From: Candidatus Eremiobacteria bacterium
Lineage (GTDB): Bacteria > Vulcanimicrobiota > Vulcanimicrobiia > Vulcanimicrobiales > Vulcanimicrobiaceae
Direction of reading: 5' to 3'
DNA length: 64,000 nt
Assembly (NCBI GenBank): GCA_963758295.1
Contig: CAVWUU010000001.1
Coordinates: forward strand, 807,863-871,862
The position numbers and the translations under genes were made by a program. The number at the start of each line of letters is the position of its first letter. Position 1 is the stretch's first letter. This document shows, piece after piece, positions 1 to 9,075 of the stretch. Under the pieces are notes generated by a model. It was not told the DNA's origin. It ran no database searches and was given only the letters and a program-made list of their open reading frames with translations.

Positions 1-1315
1 CCGCCTGCGCATCGGTTGCAGCATCCACCTCGCGGGCAAGGCGTTGGATTTCAGCAAGGCCCATCAGCCGCTTGCGAAAGAAGATCTGCGAGAGCCGCGC
101 TTCGACAAACTGGTGGATCCAGCGCGCTGATAGACCGAGTGTTAACACTATTGCGAGCGTAATGCCGTCGAGCAGCCACTTCGGAGCGTGACCCGCGTTG
201 ATCGAGTGCTCGAATATTCTAACGGCCGACCATTCCGTGGCAACGAATATGCACACGATAATGAGCGAAACGGCGGCAAAAATCGTCGCTCGCGTGATGA
301 GAATGTTCAAGTCGACAAGCCGGTGTCGCAAGACCGGATAAGCGACGCCGAAGGCCCACAAGAACATTTGTGCCAGAAAAATGATATCGCCATAGTGCGA
401 GTTCACGCTCACATTCGCGCGCGACGCGGCGACAATGTTTTGGGCAATCAAAATTGCGCTCGCTGCCAGCCAGCATCCACATACCCAGCGCGTCGCCGTA
501 CGAAATTCGAGCGGGGCGCTGGCGATTGCATCGATCAAGCCGACAGCCAGGATGGCAGAGAGCGCTATTGCAGAGTAAGCAAACGCGCCGCCTAAGGTAT
601 TCCAGAGAGGCGGCGACGCCCACGCTCCGTAGTCGACGCAAGCGTTGACGATCAGCCCTGCGCCCAGCAGCCAAGGCGCGGCATACCCGATCATGGTGCG
701 AATGCGGGTCTTCGTGGGCGGATAGATGGCCAGAAGCATCATTGCCGTGCACGGCAGTACGTCAATCAACGCGAATCGTGCAAAATATCCCGCTGAGGCG
801 AGCCACACATTAGGCGCGACGAGCGCACCGCTCAGCGCGTTCGCGTACCATCCGGCGACGATGAGGACCACGGCCGCGCGCGCGCCGGCTTGCGGATAGC
901 GCGCGCGAAGCATGACGATGATGCCGATTGTAAAAACGCCGATCGCGGTAAGCGCTGAAACGATCTTCGTAAATGCTTCCTGTTGCGCGAGCGGATCGGG
1001 AAATGGCTCAAACGTCATCTGCAGTGGAAACGTTTTTCCATGACGGAGCACGTCTAAGGTGACCGTCGTTCCGACCGGGCCGGCGATGTTCTCGAGATTC
1101 TGCAAGCCGGTCAGCCCGGTGAAATGGTCGCCTGCTCGCAAGCCGGCTCGCTGCGCCGGGCTGCCCGGGTTCACGACCGTGATTCGCGGCAGACCGCTCT
1201 TGTCGCCCGCGAAGAAATAGCCGCCGTAGCCCCACTGGACGGGCGAAAAGAGGATCAACGCTGCAAGCGGGATCCCGAGCCCCGCTGCAGCCAGTACCAC
1301 GCCGCGAAGCTTCAT
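1..1315 (-). CDS. PDZ-like domain plus multi-pass membrane protein, probably a sensor; 3' end runs off the window
   Basis: Manual translation from ATG 1315 (MKLRGVVLAAAGLGIPLAALILF...) stays open to the window edge. It contains a PDZ-like segment (ITVVNPGSPAQRAGLRAGD...GPVGTTVTLDVLR), many hydrophobic helices and YPVLRHRLVDLNILITRATIF. Absent from the ORF track because no stop lies in the window. Confidence 0.75.
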   Translation of the reverse strand, partial: MKLRGVVLAAAGLGIPLAALILFSPVQWGYGGYFFAGDKSGLPRITVVNPGSPAQRAGLRAGDHFTGLTGLQNLENIAGPVGTTVTLDVLRHGKTFPLQMTFEPFPDPLAQQEAFTKIVSALTAIGVFTIGIIVMLRARYPQAGARAAVVLIVAGWYANALSGALVAPNVWLASAGYFARFALIDVLPCTAMMLLAIYPPTKTRIRTMIGYAAPWLLGAGLIVNACVDYGAWASPPLWNTLGGAFAYSAIALSAILAVGLIDAIASAPLEFRTATRWVCGCWLAASAILIAQNIVAASRANVSVNSHYGDIIFLAQMFLWAFGVAYPVLRHRLVDLNILITRATIFAAVSLIIVCIFVATEWSAVRIFEHSINAGHAPKWLLDGITLAIVLTLGLSARWIHQFVEARLSQIFFRKRLMGLAEIQRLAREVDAATDAQA

Positions 1316-1390
1316 AAGCGAGCGTTCCGCGCGTCCGGCGCCGCCTCCCTCGTCGCAACGATGTTCTGCTCCGTTGCGGTTTTGCGTGGT

Positions 1391-2269
1391 ATGTCTACTC
1401 GGAAAGTTTCACTCGTATTGCCCGCTCAAGATTTTCAAGAGGGCGGCGGCTTTCTCGTGCACCGGCCGTTTCCGGTGCAAGGCGTGATGCAGATCGATCC
1501 GTTTCTTTTAATCGACGAGCTTGGTCCGGTGCAATATGCGCCCGGCGAAGCGATCGGCGCGCCGGATCATCCGCATCGGGGCTTTGAAACGGTCACGTAC
1601 ATGATCGACGGCGAATTTCAGCATGCTGATTCTTCGGGACGCCGCGGCGAACTTTTTCCGGGCGACGTGCAATGGATGACGGCCGGCGGCGGCGTCGTTC
1701 ACGCGGAGATGCCGTCGGATCGAATGATAAGCGAAGGCGGACGCCAGCACGGCTTTCAGATCTGGGTGAATCTTCCCAAAGCCGACAAGATGATGCGACC
1801 GCGTTATCAAGACGTGCGAAGTTCGACAATTCCCACCTGGACGAGCCCGGACGGTCTTGCATGGGCGAAAGTAATTGCCGGCGAGGCCCAAGGCGTAAAA
1901 GGCGCTGCCGAAACGCGCATCCCGATCGGCATGACGCATTATCGGTTGCAGCCGGGCGGCAAGATCGTGCATCGCGTCCACGACGGACATGCGTCGATCG
2001 TTTATCTCATGACTGGTTCTGCGCGCGCGGCGGGCGAACGCGTATATCAAGCACGCGCCGCAATCGTCTTCGATCGTCACGGCGATGAAATTCCCGTTGA
2101 GAACGCGGGCAGCGATGTGCTGGAATTTTTGCTGCTCACCGGCGAGCCGATCGATGAACCGATGGTGCGCTACGGCCCATTCGTGATGAACGAAGTGGAA
2201 GAGCTGGAGCAGGCGTTTCGCGACTTTTCCGATGGCCGCATGGGCGAAATCGAACCGTTGTATACGTAG
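1391..2269 (+). CDS. Pirin family protein
   Basis: Pirin motifs DPFLLID, DHPHRGFETVTY, GDVQWMTAGGGVVHAE, QIWVNLP and GPFVMN. Start moved to ATG 1391 (MSTRKV). Confidence 0.93.
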   Translation: MSTRKVSLVLPAQDFQEGGGFLVHRPFPVQGVMQIDPFLLIDELGPVQYAPGEAIGAPDHPHRGFETVTYMIDGEFQHADSSGRRGELFPGDVQWMTAGGGVVHAEMPSDRMISEGGRQHGFQIWVNLPKADKMMRPRYQDVRSSTIPTWTSPDGLAWAKVIAGEAQGVKGAAETRIPIGMTHYRLQPGGKIVHRVHDGHASIVYLMTGSARAAGERVYQARAAIVFDRHGDEIPVENAGSDVLEFLLLTGEPIDEPMVRYGPFVMNEVEELEQAFRDFSDGRMGEIEPLYT

Positions 2270-2366
2270 AACGTCACGCCGGCCGCAATCTCAATAAAGA
2301 TAAAGAGCCCACGCAGTCACAGCCCCGCCTGCCCTAATGGTTTATCTTTCGATTGGAGATTGAAAG

Positions 2367-2897
2367 ATGAGATATCAGCGGGTATTCGCGTGTATGGCAT
2401 TCATCGCTTCAGTAGTAGTAAGTGCGCCGGCCAGCGCGCAAACTCAATCTTCGCCATGCAGTGGTTCAGAACGCCGGCAGTTCGATTTTTGGCTTGGCTC
2501 TTGGAGAGTGGCCGATGCATCGGGTAAGGCGCAAGGCACGAACGAAGTGACTTCGGAGTACGGCGGCTGCGCGCTGCAGGAACACTGGAAGGGCGTCGGC
2601 GGAAGCGAAGGTTCGAGCTTCAATACGTACCTGCCCGACCGCAAGCAATGGCATCAAACGTGGGTCGATAACGGCGGTACGACGTTGCTGCTTTTCGGCG
2701 GGATGACCGGAGAGAGTATGGTCCTCTCCGGCACGCGCACAAATCCGCGCACGCATGCACCCGTGGTAGACCGCATTACTTGGACGCCTCTAAAAGACGG
2801 TCGAGTGCGCCAGCATTGGCAGCAATCATCCGATTCAGGAAAGCACTGGACCGACATCTTCGACGGCTTTTACAGCAAGACACCCCCGTCATCCTGA
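2367..2897 (+). CDS. Secreted hypothetical protein (DUF1579-like beta-barrel)
   Basis: GGAG RBS, signal peptide (..APASA-Q), motifs RQFDFWLGSW, WHQTWVDNGG and VRQHWQQSSDSGKHW. Confidence 0.7.
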   Translation: MRYQRVFACMAFIASVVVSAPASAQTQSSPCSGSERRQFDFWLGSWRVADASGKAQGTNEVTSEYGGCALQEHWKGVGGSEGSSFNTYLPDRKQWHQTWVDNGGTTLLLFGGMTGESMVLSGTRTNPRTHAPVVDRITWTPLKDGRVRQHWQQSSDSGKHWTDIFDGFYSKTPPSS

Positions 2898-4049
2898 CCT
2901 TGCCGAAGGACGGGCGCATATCGGCAATGCTGGTTTGCGCCTGTGGTTCGACAGGCTCACCATGACGAGCTGCAATGCTCGTATGCGCCTGTGGTTCGAC
3001 AAGCTCACCATGACGAGGTGTTTTGTTGCTCCGCACGATCTGGCCGCGCCCCTCTCGTCACCATGACGGTTTTATTGTTTGCTGCGCACCATCAGGCCGC
3101 ATCCCTCCCGTCATCCTGAGCTTGTCGAAGGACGGGCGCATATCAGCACTGTGCGCCGGTGGTTCGACAAGCTCACCATGACCAGGTGCAATGCTCGTAT
3201 GCGCCGGTGGTTCGACAAGCTCACCATGACCAGGTGCAATGCTCGTATGCGCCTGTGGTTCGACAAGCTCACCATGACGAGGTGTATTGTCGCTCCGCAC
3301 GATCTGGCCGCGCCCCTCTCGTCACCATGACGGTTTTATTGTTTGCTCCGCACGATTAGGCCGCATCCCTCCCGTCATCCTGAGCCTGTCGAAGGACGGG
3401 CGCATATCAGCACTGTGCGCCGGTGGTTCGGCAAGCTCACCATGACCAGGCGCAATGCTCGTATGCGCCCGTGGTTCGACAAGCTCACCATGACGAGGTG
3501 TATTGTCGCTCCGCACGATCTGGCCGCGCCCCTCTCGTCACCATGACGGTTTTATTGTTTGCTCCGCACCATCAGGCCGCATCCCTCCCGTCATCCTGAG
3601 CTTGTCGAAGGACGGGCGCATATCAGCACTGTGCGCCGGTGGTTCGACAAGCTCACCATGACGAGGCGCAATGCTCGTATGCGCCTGTGGTTCGACAAGC
3701 TCACCATGACGGGGTGCAATGCTCGTAATGCGCCGGTGGTTCGGCAAGCGATGACGAGGTGCAATGATCGTATGCGCCGGTGGTTCGACAAGCTGACATG
3801 ACGAGGTGCAATGCTCGTATGCGCCGGTGGTTCGACAGGCTCACCATGACGAGGTGCAATGATCGTATGCGCCGGTGGTTCGACAAGCTGACCATGACGA
3901 GGTGCAATGCTCATATGCGCCTGTGGTTCGACAGGCTCACCATGACGAGGTGGAATGCTCGTATGCGCCTGTGGTTCGACAGGCTCACCATGACGACGTG
4001 CAATGCTCGTATGCGCCCGTGGTTCGACAAGCTCAGCATGACGACGTAG
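2885..4049. repeat. Hierarchical tandem array of REP-like palindromic elements
   Basis: Four left arms GTCATCCTGAGCTTGTCGAAGGA (2888, 3110, 3374, 3590) and about 16 right arms GGTTCGACAAGCTCACCATGAC, mostly in 48-bp tandem units. A conserved ~100-bp linker occurs three times. Confidence 0.95.
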
Positions 4050-4079
4050 CGTCCCCGTCACCTGATTGTGGAGCGGGCT

Positions 4080-4646
4080 TTATTCGCCTTCGGCCGGATC
4101 CCAGTCGAAAATTTTCGCGAGCATCTCGGCGCGGTTTCGCGAGAAAGTTTTACGTAACAGCCGTTTGACGTAATCTGCTACCGTCGCTTCGGCGATGCTC
4201 ATTTCATCGGCGATTTCGTTGCTCGATCGTCCACGAAGAATCAGTGACAGGACGCTCGATTCGCGCGCTGTCAGTTTGAAGCGCTTGATCGCGCCTGGGA
4301 GCGCTTCACGACGTTGGACGTGTTCGATCTGTAACGCGACGATTGTATCCTGCGCACGGCTGGATAGTTTTGCGACGCGAAAGCGCAGCGACGGAACGGG
4401 CTCGATGATTGTATCGTCATCTAAGGATAACCCGCGAACGGCATCCTGGAGTGCGAGTTCGATCGGTAGCGGGAGCCGGTCCATGTACTCTATGGGAACC
4501 TTCAGCATGCGCGAGAGCAGCTCGATGGCGCCTCTTTGCGCATAGGCAATACCGTACTGCTCATCAAGCAGCACGATATATGCTTTCGCTTTCCGCATCG
4601 AAACAGCATCGTGCCGTTGGGTCTGCAGTGTCGCGTCGGCGGACAT
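4080..4646 (-). CDS. LuxR-type HTH transcriptional regulator
   Basis: C-terminal LTARESSVLSLILRGRSSNEIADEMSIAEATVADYVKRLLRK...NRAEM matches the LuxR/GerE HTH. No receiver domain recognised. Confidence 0.85.
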   Translation of the reverse strand: MSADATLQTQRHDAVSMRKAKAYIVLLDEQYGIAYAQRGAIELLSRMLKVPIEYMDRLPLPIELALQDAVRGLSLDDDTIIEPVPSLRFRVAKLSSRAQDTIVALQIEHVQRREALPGAIKRFKLTARESSVLSLILRGRSSNEIADEMSIAEATVADYVKRLLRKTFSRNRAEMLAKIFDWDPAEGE

Positions 4647-4977
4647 TAGGAAAACTCCCCCGGAGAGTAAATTGCGGCGGCTCGTAAATGCAATTAACGC
4701 GGAGACGGCTCGTCTCCTGCGACTTTTCTCTTATGAACCCTTAGGATTAGTAAAAATACCCGGGTACTCGGCCTCAATTGTTTCCAGGGGAGTCGCTGCT
4801 CGCAATTGCCCTCAATGGCAGAGTAGTCCACGCCTTAACGCGTGCGATATAACCGTGAAGTCACGAGAACCGGCGACGAAACCGTGCGAGGAATCGGCGC
4901 CGACTCTCTTCGCAACAATAACTTGAGTTAATTTATTGCCGCCATAATGCTGTTACTGGCGGTTCTGGAGGTTTATC

Positions 4978-5472
4978 TTGTTCAAGAAAATCGCAATGCT
5001 CGCCGCCGTGGCAGCCTTTCTTCTTCCGGCCACGTCGATGGCCGCGTCCTATCCGACCGTGTACAGCTCGTACATCGGCGTGAACATCCCGGTGGCGTGC
5101 AACATCATCGTGCCGCAACAGTCGTTCGGCGCGATCTCGTACGGCCTCGGTACCGACATCGATGCGGATCAAACCGTTGCCGGCGGTGCCTGCAACATGA
5201 ACTGGACCGCCTCGTGGTCGGATTCGAACGCGTCGTTCACCCCGGGCGCCGGCAAGTCGTTCAACGGCCTGCTGAAGGGCACGGACATCCATGGCACCAC
5301 GCAGCAACTCGGTTACACGTTGACGTTGTGCGAAGGCCTGGACGGCGCCACGAACAACGCGAACTCGATTGCGGGCGGAACGATCCACATCCACATCCCA
5401 TTCTCCCAGCAGTTCTCGGCAGTCGGTGGCGTCAACTACTCCGACACGCTGTTCCTGACGGTCAACTACTAA
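4978..5472 (+). CDS. Csu/spore coat U-type major pilin subunit
   Basis: GGAGG RBS with TTG start, signal peptide, early Cys (ACNI..SFG) and C-terminal YSDTLFLTVNY typical of SCPU pilins. First gene of a chaperone-usher cluster. Confidence 0.75.
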   Translation: MFKKIAMLAAVAAFLLPATSMAASYPTVYSSYIGVNIPVACNIIVPQQSFGAISYGLGTDIDADQTVAGGACNMNWTASWSDSNASFTPGAGKSFNGLLKGTDIHGTTQQLGYTLTLCEGLDGATNNANSIAGGTIHIHIPFSQQFSAVGGVNYSDTLFLTVNY

Positions 5473-5481
5473 TCGATCCTC

Positions 5482-5521
5482 GAGCGGCCGAAGCATCAGC
5501 TTCGGCCGCTCCGTCCTTTTT
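5482..5521 (+). terminator. Intra-operon hairpin or intrinsic terminator after the pilin gene
   Basis: Perfect 13-bp stem GAGCGGCCGAAGC/GCTTCGGCCGCTC with ATCA loop, followed by CGTCCTTTTT. Confidence 0.7.
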
Positions 5522-5533
5522 CGGGAATCCTAC

Positions 5534-6250
5534 ATGATTCAGCGCCTCATCAGATCTCTATCCGCAATCTTCTGCGCCGGCGCGCTTTTCAGCTCGATAC
5601 CGGCGCACGCTGCCGGCGGCGGCTTGAACATCAGCGCTACCAGTCTTGTTCTCGCTCCTTCGCATATGGCGGGCACGATTCGCATTACGAGCGAGCGCAA
5701 TTATCCCGACGTCGTGCAAGTAAAGGTTTATAAGTGGGACGGCGGCGGCCCGACCGAAAATCTGCAGCCTTCCGACGACATCCTGGGCGTTCCCGCGGTA
5801 TTCACGCTCGCGCCAAACGGGTCGCAAATCGTTCGTGTAGCTTTGCGCGGTCCCAATGCGTCGACGGACGAGCAGGCGTACCGCGTTCAAGTTTCCGAAG
5901 TGCAATCGCAGTACATGCCTAGTGCGAACATCGGCATGCTCCTGAAGCTGAATTTTCCGGTCTATGTCGCGCCAACCGGACAACTTGTGCGCCAGGCGAC
6001 TTGGTCGCAGCAGCGTCAAGGTTCCAATCTGCTGCTCACAGTGAAGAACACGGGCAACATGCACTTACGGCTGCGCGGCTTCACGCTTGTCGACACGAAC
6101 GGAACGCTCGTAGGACAAAACAAGTACGATACGACGGTGCTGCCTGGGCAGACCCGCTCTTGGACCGTGAAGGCGTTGCATCAGTCGAGCGGTCCGCTGC
6201 ACATTCACGCCGACTCCGACAACGGCTCGATCGACGATACGGTCAATTAG
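5534..6250 (+). CDS. Periplasmic pilus chaperone (PapD/CsuC-like)
   Basis: Signal peptide; motifs PAVFTLAPNGSQIVRVA, EQAYRVQVSEV, FPVYVAP, VKNTGNMHLRL and VLPGQTRSW. Confidence 0.88.
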   Translation: MIQRLIRSLSAIFCAGALFSSIPAHAAGGGLNISATSLVLAPSHMAGTIRITSERNYPDVVQVKVYKWDGGGPTENLQPSDDILGVPAVFTLAPNGSQIVRVALRGPNASTDEQAYRVQVSEVQSQYMPSANIGMLLKLNFPVYVAPTGQLVRQATWSQQRQGSNLLLTVKNTGNMHLRLRGFTLVDTNGTLVGQNKYDTTVLPGQTRSWTVKALHQSSGPLHIHADSDNGSIDDTVN

Positions 6251-6251
6251 C

Positions 6252-8591
6252 ATGACGCGGCTGAGCCGGTTTCTGGGATTCGCGGTCTGCGCTGCGCTCT
6301 TCGCGCAGACGTCAGTCCGTGCCGATCAGATGCCGGTCCCGGGAGGCGGGGACTCCGTAGGTGGGGCGCCGACGGTAGCCACCCTTACGCATTCTCAGTT
6401 TAGTGAGACCGTTTACGCCATCACCATCAATGGCCAATCCGTAAGCGACGGCGCGGCATTGCTGGAAGATAACGCGGGCGATTTCTATGCAGCCGACGAC
6501 GATACAAAAGCGTGGCGTCTAACACCGGCAAAAGATGCGCCCGTCCAACACAACGGCCGCGCCTACCACGCGCTCAAGACCTACGCAACGAAAATCGAGG
6601 TTCGTCCTGCGGATCAATCGTTAAATCTAACGGTTCCCGCATCGGTCTTTCAAGCAACCAATGTTGCTGCGGATACTGCACACGTATTGGATGCGCACGG
6701 CGGCCGATCGGCTTCGCTGGACTACGAGGTGGGAGTCCATCAGTCCGCGGGGCAGACATTCTACGAGTCGATGCTCCAAGGGTACGGCTATCTTGCCGGC
6801 GGCGAACTCGGCACGCAGGTCGAGATATACGGCGGCGGCGGCCAACGCGCCATCGTGCAGCCGATCAACACCGCGTGGATCCGCGACGTGCCGTCGCGTC
6901 GCGCGCAACTTGCATTAGGAAATTCGACGACGCAGGGCGGGCTGATGGGCGATTCGTTGCGCGTGCTCGGCATCACCGTCGGAACAAACTTCTCCATGGT
7001 GCCGAACCTCATAGTGCGGCCGGTGCCGCAGCTAAACGGCGTCGCTCAAAGTGCCGGAACCGTGAACGTCTACGCGAACGGCGGCCTGCTCTCGACATCC
7101 ACCGTTCCCCAAGGACCATTTTCCGTCGGTGCGCCGAATTTACAGGATGGTACCGTGAATTACGACGTGATCGTGAAGGATCCGTCGGGGCGCGCATATG
7201 CGGTTTCGCAATCCTATTATGCAGACAGTGAACTACTTGCGCCGGGCTTGCATCAGTTCTCCTACTCGGCCGGCGCTGAAGCGCTCCAAACCGGCTTGAA
7301 TCAATACGGGCCGCTCCTTGCGGAAGCGCATGAGAAGATCGGCGTTACCAACGAACTCAGTGCAGACTTCACGGCGGAATACGGACCACTGCATAAAGTC
7401 TTGGCCGGCGCGGGCGTCTTGGGTGTCCCGCACGTAGGCAGCTTCACCGCCGGTTTTGGCTGGTTGGGGGCCGCACAAGGCTCGTCGAGCCGCATCATCT
7501 CAAACCTCGGGTACGATTTTACCGCGGCGCGCGCCGGCGTTTCGCTCTACGTCCGCCAACTTCCAAACCCGTATTCAAGCCTCGGCATAACGAGCAACGT
7601 GTTGAATACCGCCGGCGCAGCTTTGTGGACGCACCTCAATCATCGCCAAGACATGCAGTTCAGCTACTCATCGAGCGAAGGGGCGCAGCTAAACACGCAC
7701 ACGATCATGCTTAGCACGACGCGTGAATTTCAAGGCGGGCAGCTGGGCTTTTACGCAGCACGTACCACCGGCCAGTATTCGTCGAGCTCGTATGGGATTT
7801 CGTTAAGCCGGTCGGTCGGGCGCAACTCCGCCGTTACGACGAGCGCGAACGCCCAAGACGGCCGCATTCTTCCGTCGACCGCGTTTACGGGCATGTACGG
7901 CCGGGACGATAACGTGCGCGTTAATGCAACGGTCGGCGGCATCCCGGGCCGGACGGCGGACTTATATCTGGACGGCACCGGCAATGCCACCGAGGAAACC
8001 CTCGATGTTTCCAGCGGACGCGGCGGCCTGGGGTATGTGGATGCCGGCATCCATGGCGGCTTTGAATTCGTCGGTGGAAAAGTTTTCGCTTCACGCATGA
8101 CCGAGAGCCCGTACGCGCTGGTGGACGTGGGATACGCGAATATTCCGGTGTACCGAAATAATGTGCTAATCGGTAGAACGAATGGGCGCGGACAGCTCTT
8201 CGTGCCGATGCTCTCGCCTTATATCCAGAACACGATATCCATCGATCCGAGCACGTTGCCGGTCGGCACGACGATAGAGACGGATAAGGTCGTGGTTCCG
8301 ATTCCCCGAACCGGAACCATCGTGCGATTCAAACGCGAATCGACCGGCGCGGTCATGTTTACGCTGATCGACTCAAACGGAGCTCCGCTCGCTCCCGGCA
8401 CGCCGCTCGAAGGACAAGCGGTTCCTAGCGGCTTGTTTGTAGCGAACGACGGACTCGTGTACTTCGAAAATCCGCCAAGCGGCACCCTCGCGATTCACGC
8501 GAAGTCAAAGAACGGCGGCTGTACCGCGCATGTTGCCATCCCCAAAAACGTTGAAAGCGTTCCGAACGTAGGGAAGGTGCGCTGTGATTAG
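6252..8591 (+). CDS. Outer membrane fimbrial usher (CsuD-like)
   Basis: 779 aa with signal peptide; usher motifs LNGVA..AGTVNVYANG, VPQGPFSV, LLAPGLHQFSYSAG and PVYRNNVLIGRTNGRGQLFVPMLSPYIQNTISIDP; C-terminal Cys pair. Confidence 0.9.
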   Translation: MTRLSRFLGFAVCAALFAQTSVRADQMPVPGGGDSVGGAPTVATLTHSQFSETVYAITINGQSVSDGAALLEDNAGDFYAADDDTKAWRLTPAKDAPVQHNGRAYHALKTYATKIEVRPADQSLNLTVPASVFQATNVAADTAHVLDAHGGRSASLDYEVGVHQSAGQTFYESMLQGYGYLAGGELGTQVEIYGGGGQRAIVQPINTAWIRDVPSRRAQLALGNSTTQGGLMGDSLRVLGITVGTNFSMVPNLIVRPVPQLNGVAQSAGTVNVYANGGLLSTSTVPQGPFSVGAPNLQDGTVNYDVIVKDPSGRAYAVSQSYYADSELLAPGLHQFSYSAGAEALQTGLNQYGPLLAEAHEKIGVTNELSADFTAEYGPLHKVLAGAGVLGVPHVGSFTAGFGWLGAAQGSSSRIISNLGYDFTAARAGVSLYVRQLPNPYSSLGITSNVLNTAGAALWTHLNHRQDMQFSYSSSEGAQLNTHTIMLSTTREFQGGQLGFYAARTTGQYSSSSYGISLSRSVGRNSAVTTSANAQDGRILPSTAFTGMYGRDDNVRVNATVGGIPGRTADLYLDGTGNATEETLDVSSGRGGLGYVDAGIHGGFEFVGGKVFASRMTESPYALVDVGYANIPVYRNNVLIGRTNGRGQLFVPMLSPYIQNTISIDPSTLPVGTTIETDKVVVPIPRTGTIVRFKRESTGAVMFTLIDSNGAPLAPGTPLEGQAVPSGLFVANDGLVYFENPPSGTLAIHAKSKNGGCTAHVAIPKNVESVPNVGKVRCD

Positions 8592-9066
8592 AGCGCGGTA
8601 CTTGCCCGTGATCGCTTTCGTCTTCTTTGCACTTGCGTTGGGAACGCGCGCCGTCGCGATGCCTCGTTCAATCGCGTTCCCGCATGCGCCGGCAGCGGCG
8701 CAAGCGAATTGTGCGGCCTCGATGTTGCCCATTGAGTTTGGAACGGTTAATTCAAGCTCGCCGATGGTGCCGCTGGTAGTCACGGTGACGTGTCCAAGCA
8801 GCGTTCCGTACGAGGTGCGGTTCCTCGATCCGGCAGGTTGTCATCCGGTGCGCAATGTTGGTGGCGTCCAGGTCGTGTTGCTGCTGCCCGGCGGTGCGCC
8901 GTGGTGCGACGGCACGAATGGCACGGAAACGCTTCATGCTACAGGAACCGGCGTTCCCCAAATATTTTACGGCACCGCGCGAGTATTGAGTGACGTTGTC
9001 CGCGTTCGCGCCGGCGCGTACCAACAGGCCCTACGATTGCAAGTCGTCCCGCAATCGCTTCCCTAG
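8584..9066 (+). CDS. Spore coat U-domain minor pilin or tip subunit
   Basis: Overlaps the usher stop. Signal-like N-terminus, NCAAS..IEFG, VTVTC, TGTG.PQ..YG and AGAYQQALRLQV form a degenerate SCPU pattern. Confidence 0.7.
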   Translation: MIRARYLPVIAFVFFALALGTRAVAMPRSIAFPHAPAAAQANCAASMLPIEFGTVNSSSPMVPLVVTVTCPSSVPYEVRFLDPAGCHPVRNVGGVQVVLLLPGGAPWCDGTNGTETLHATGTGVPQIFYGTARVLSDVVRVRAGAYQQALRLQVVPQSLP

Positions 9067-9075
9067 AGTCGAAGG

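Noticed and set aside
1124..1390. N-terminal extension of pirin
   Set aside because: It overlaps the minus-strand membrane gene; pirin similarity starts near ATG 1391.
2885..4049. CRISPR array
   Set aside because: Sequences between repeats are near-identical rather than unique spacers, the arms occur in both orientations, and no cas genes are present.
2776..4168. ORFs with repeated peptides (WFDKLTMTRCNAR, RHGELVEP, VRQAHHD) as repeat proteins or RiPP precursors
   Set aside because: They arise in several frames on both strands from the 48-bp DNA unit, are broken by indels, and have no RBS or modifying enzymes nearby.
4647..4977. c-di-GMP riboswitch or invertible promoter upstream of the pilus operon
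   Set aside because: Only short hairpins are visible. No recognisable riboswitch consensus, flanking inverted repeats or recombinase.
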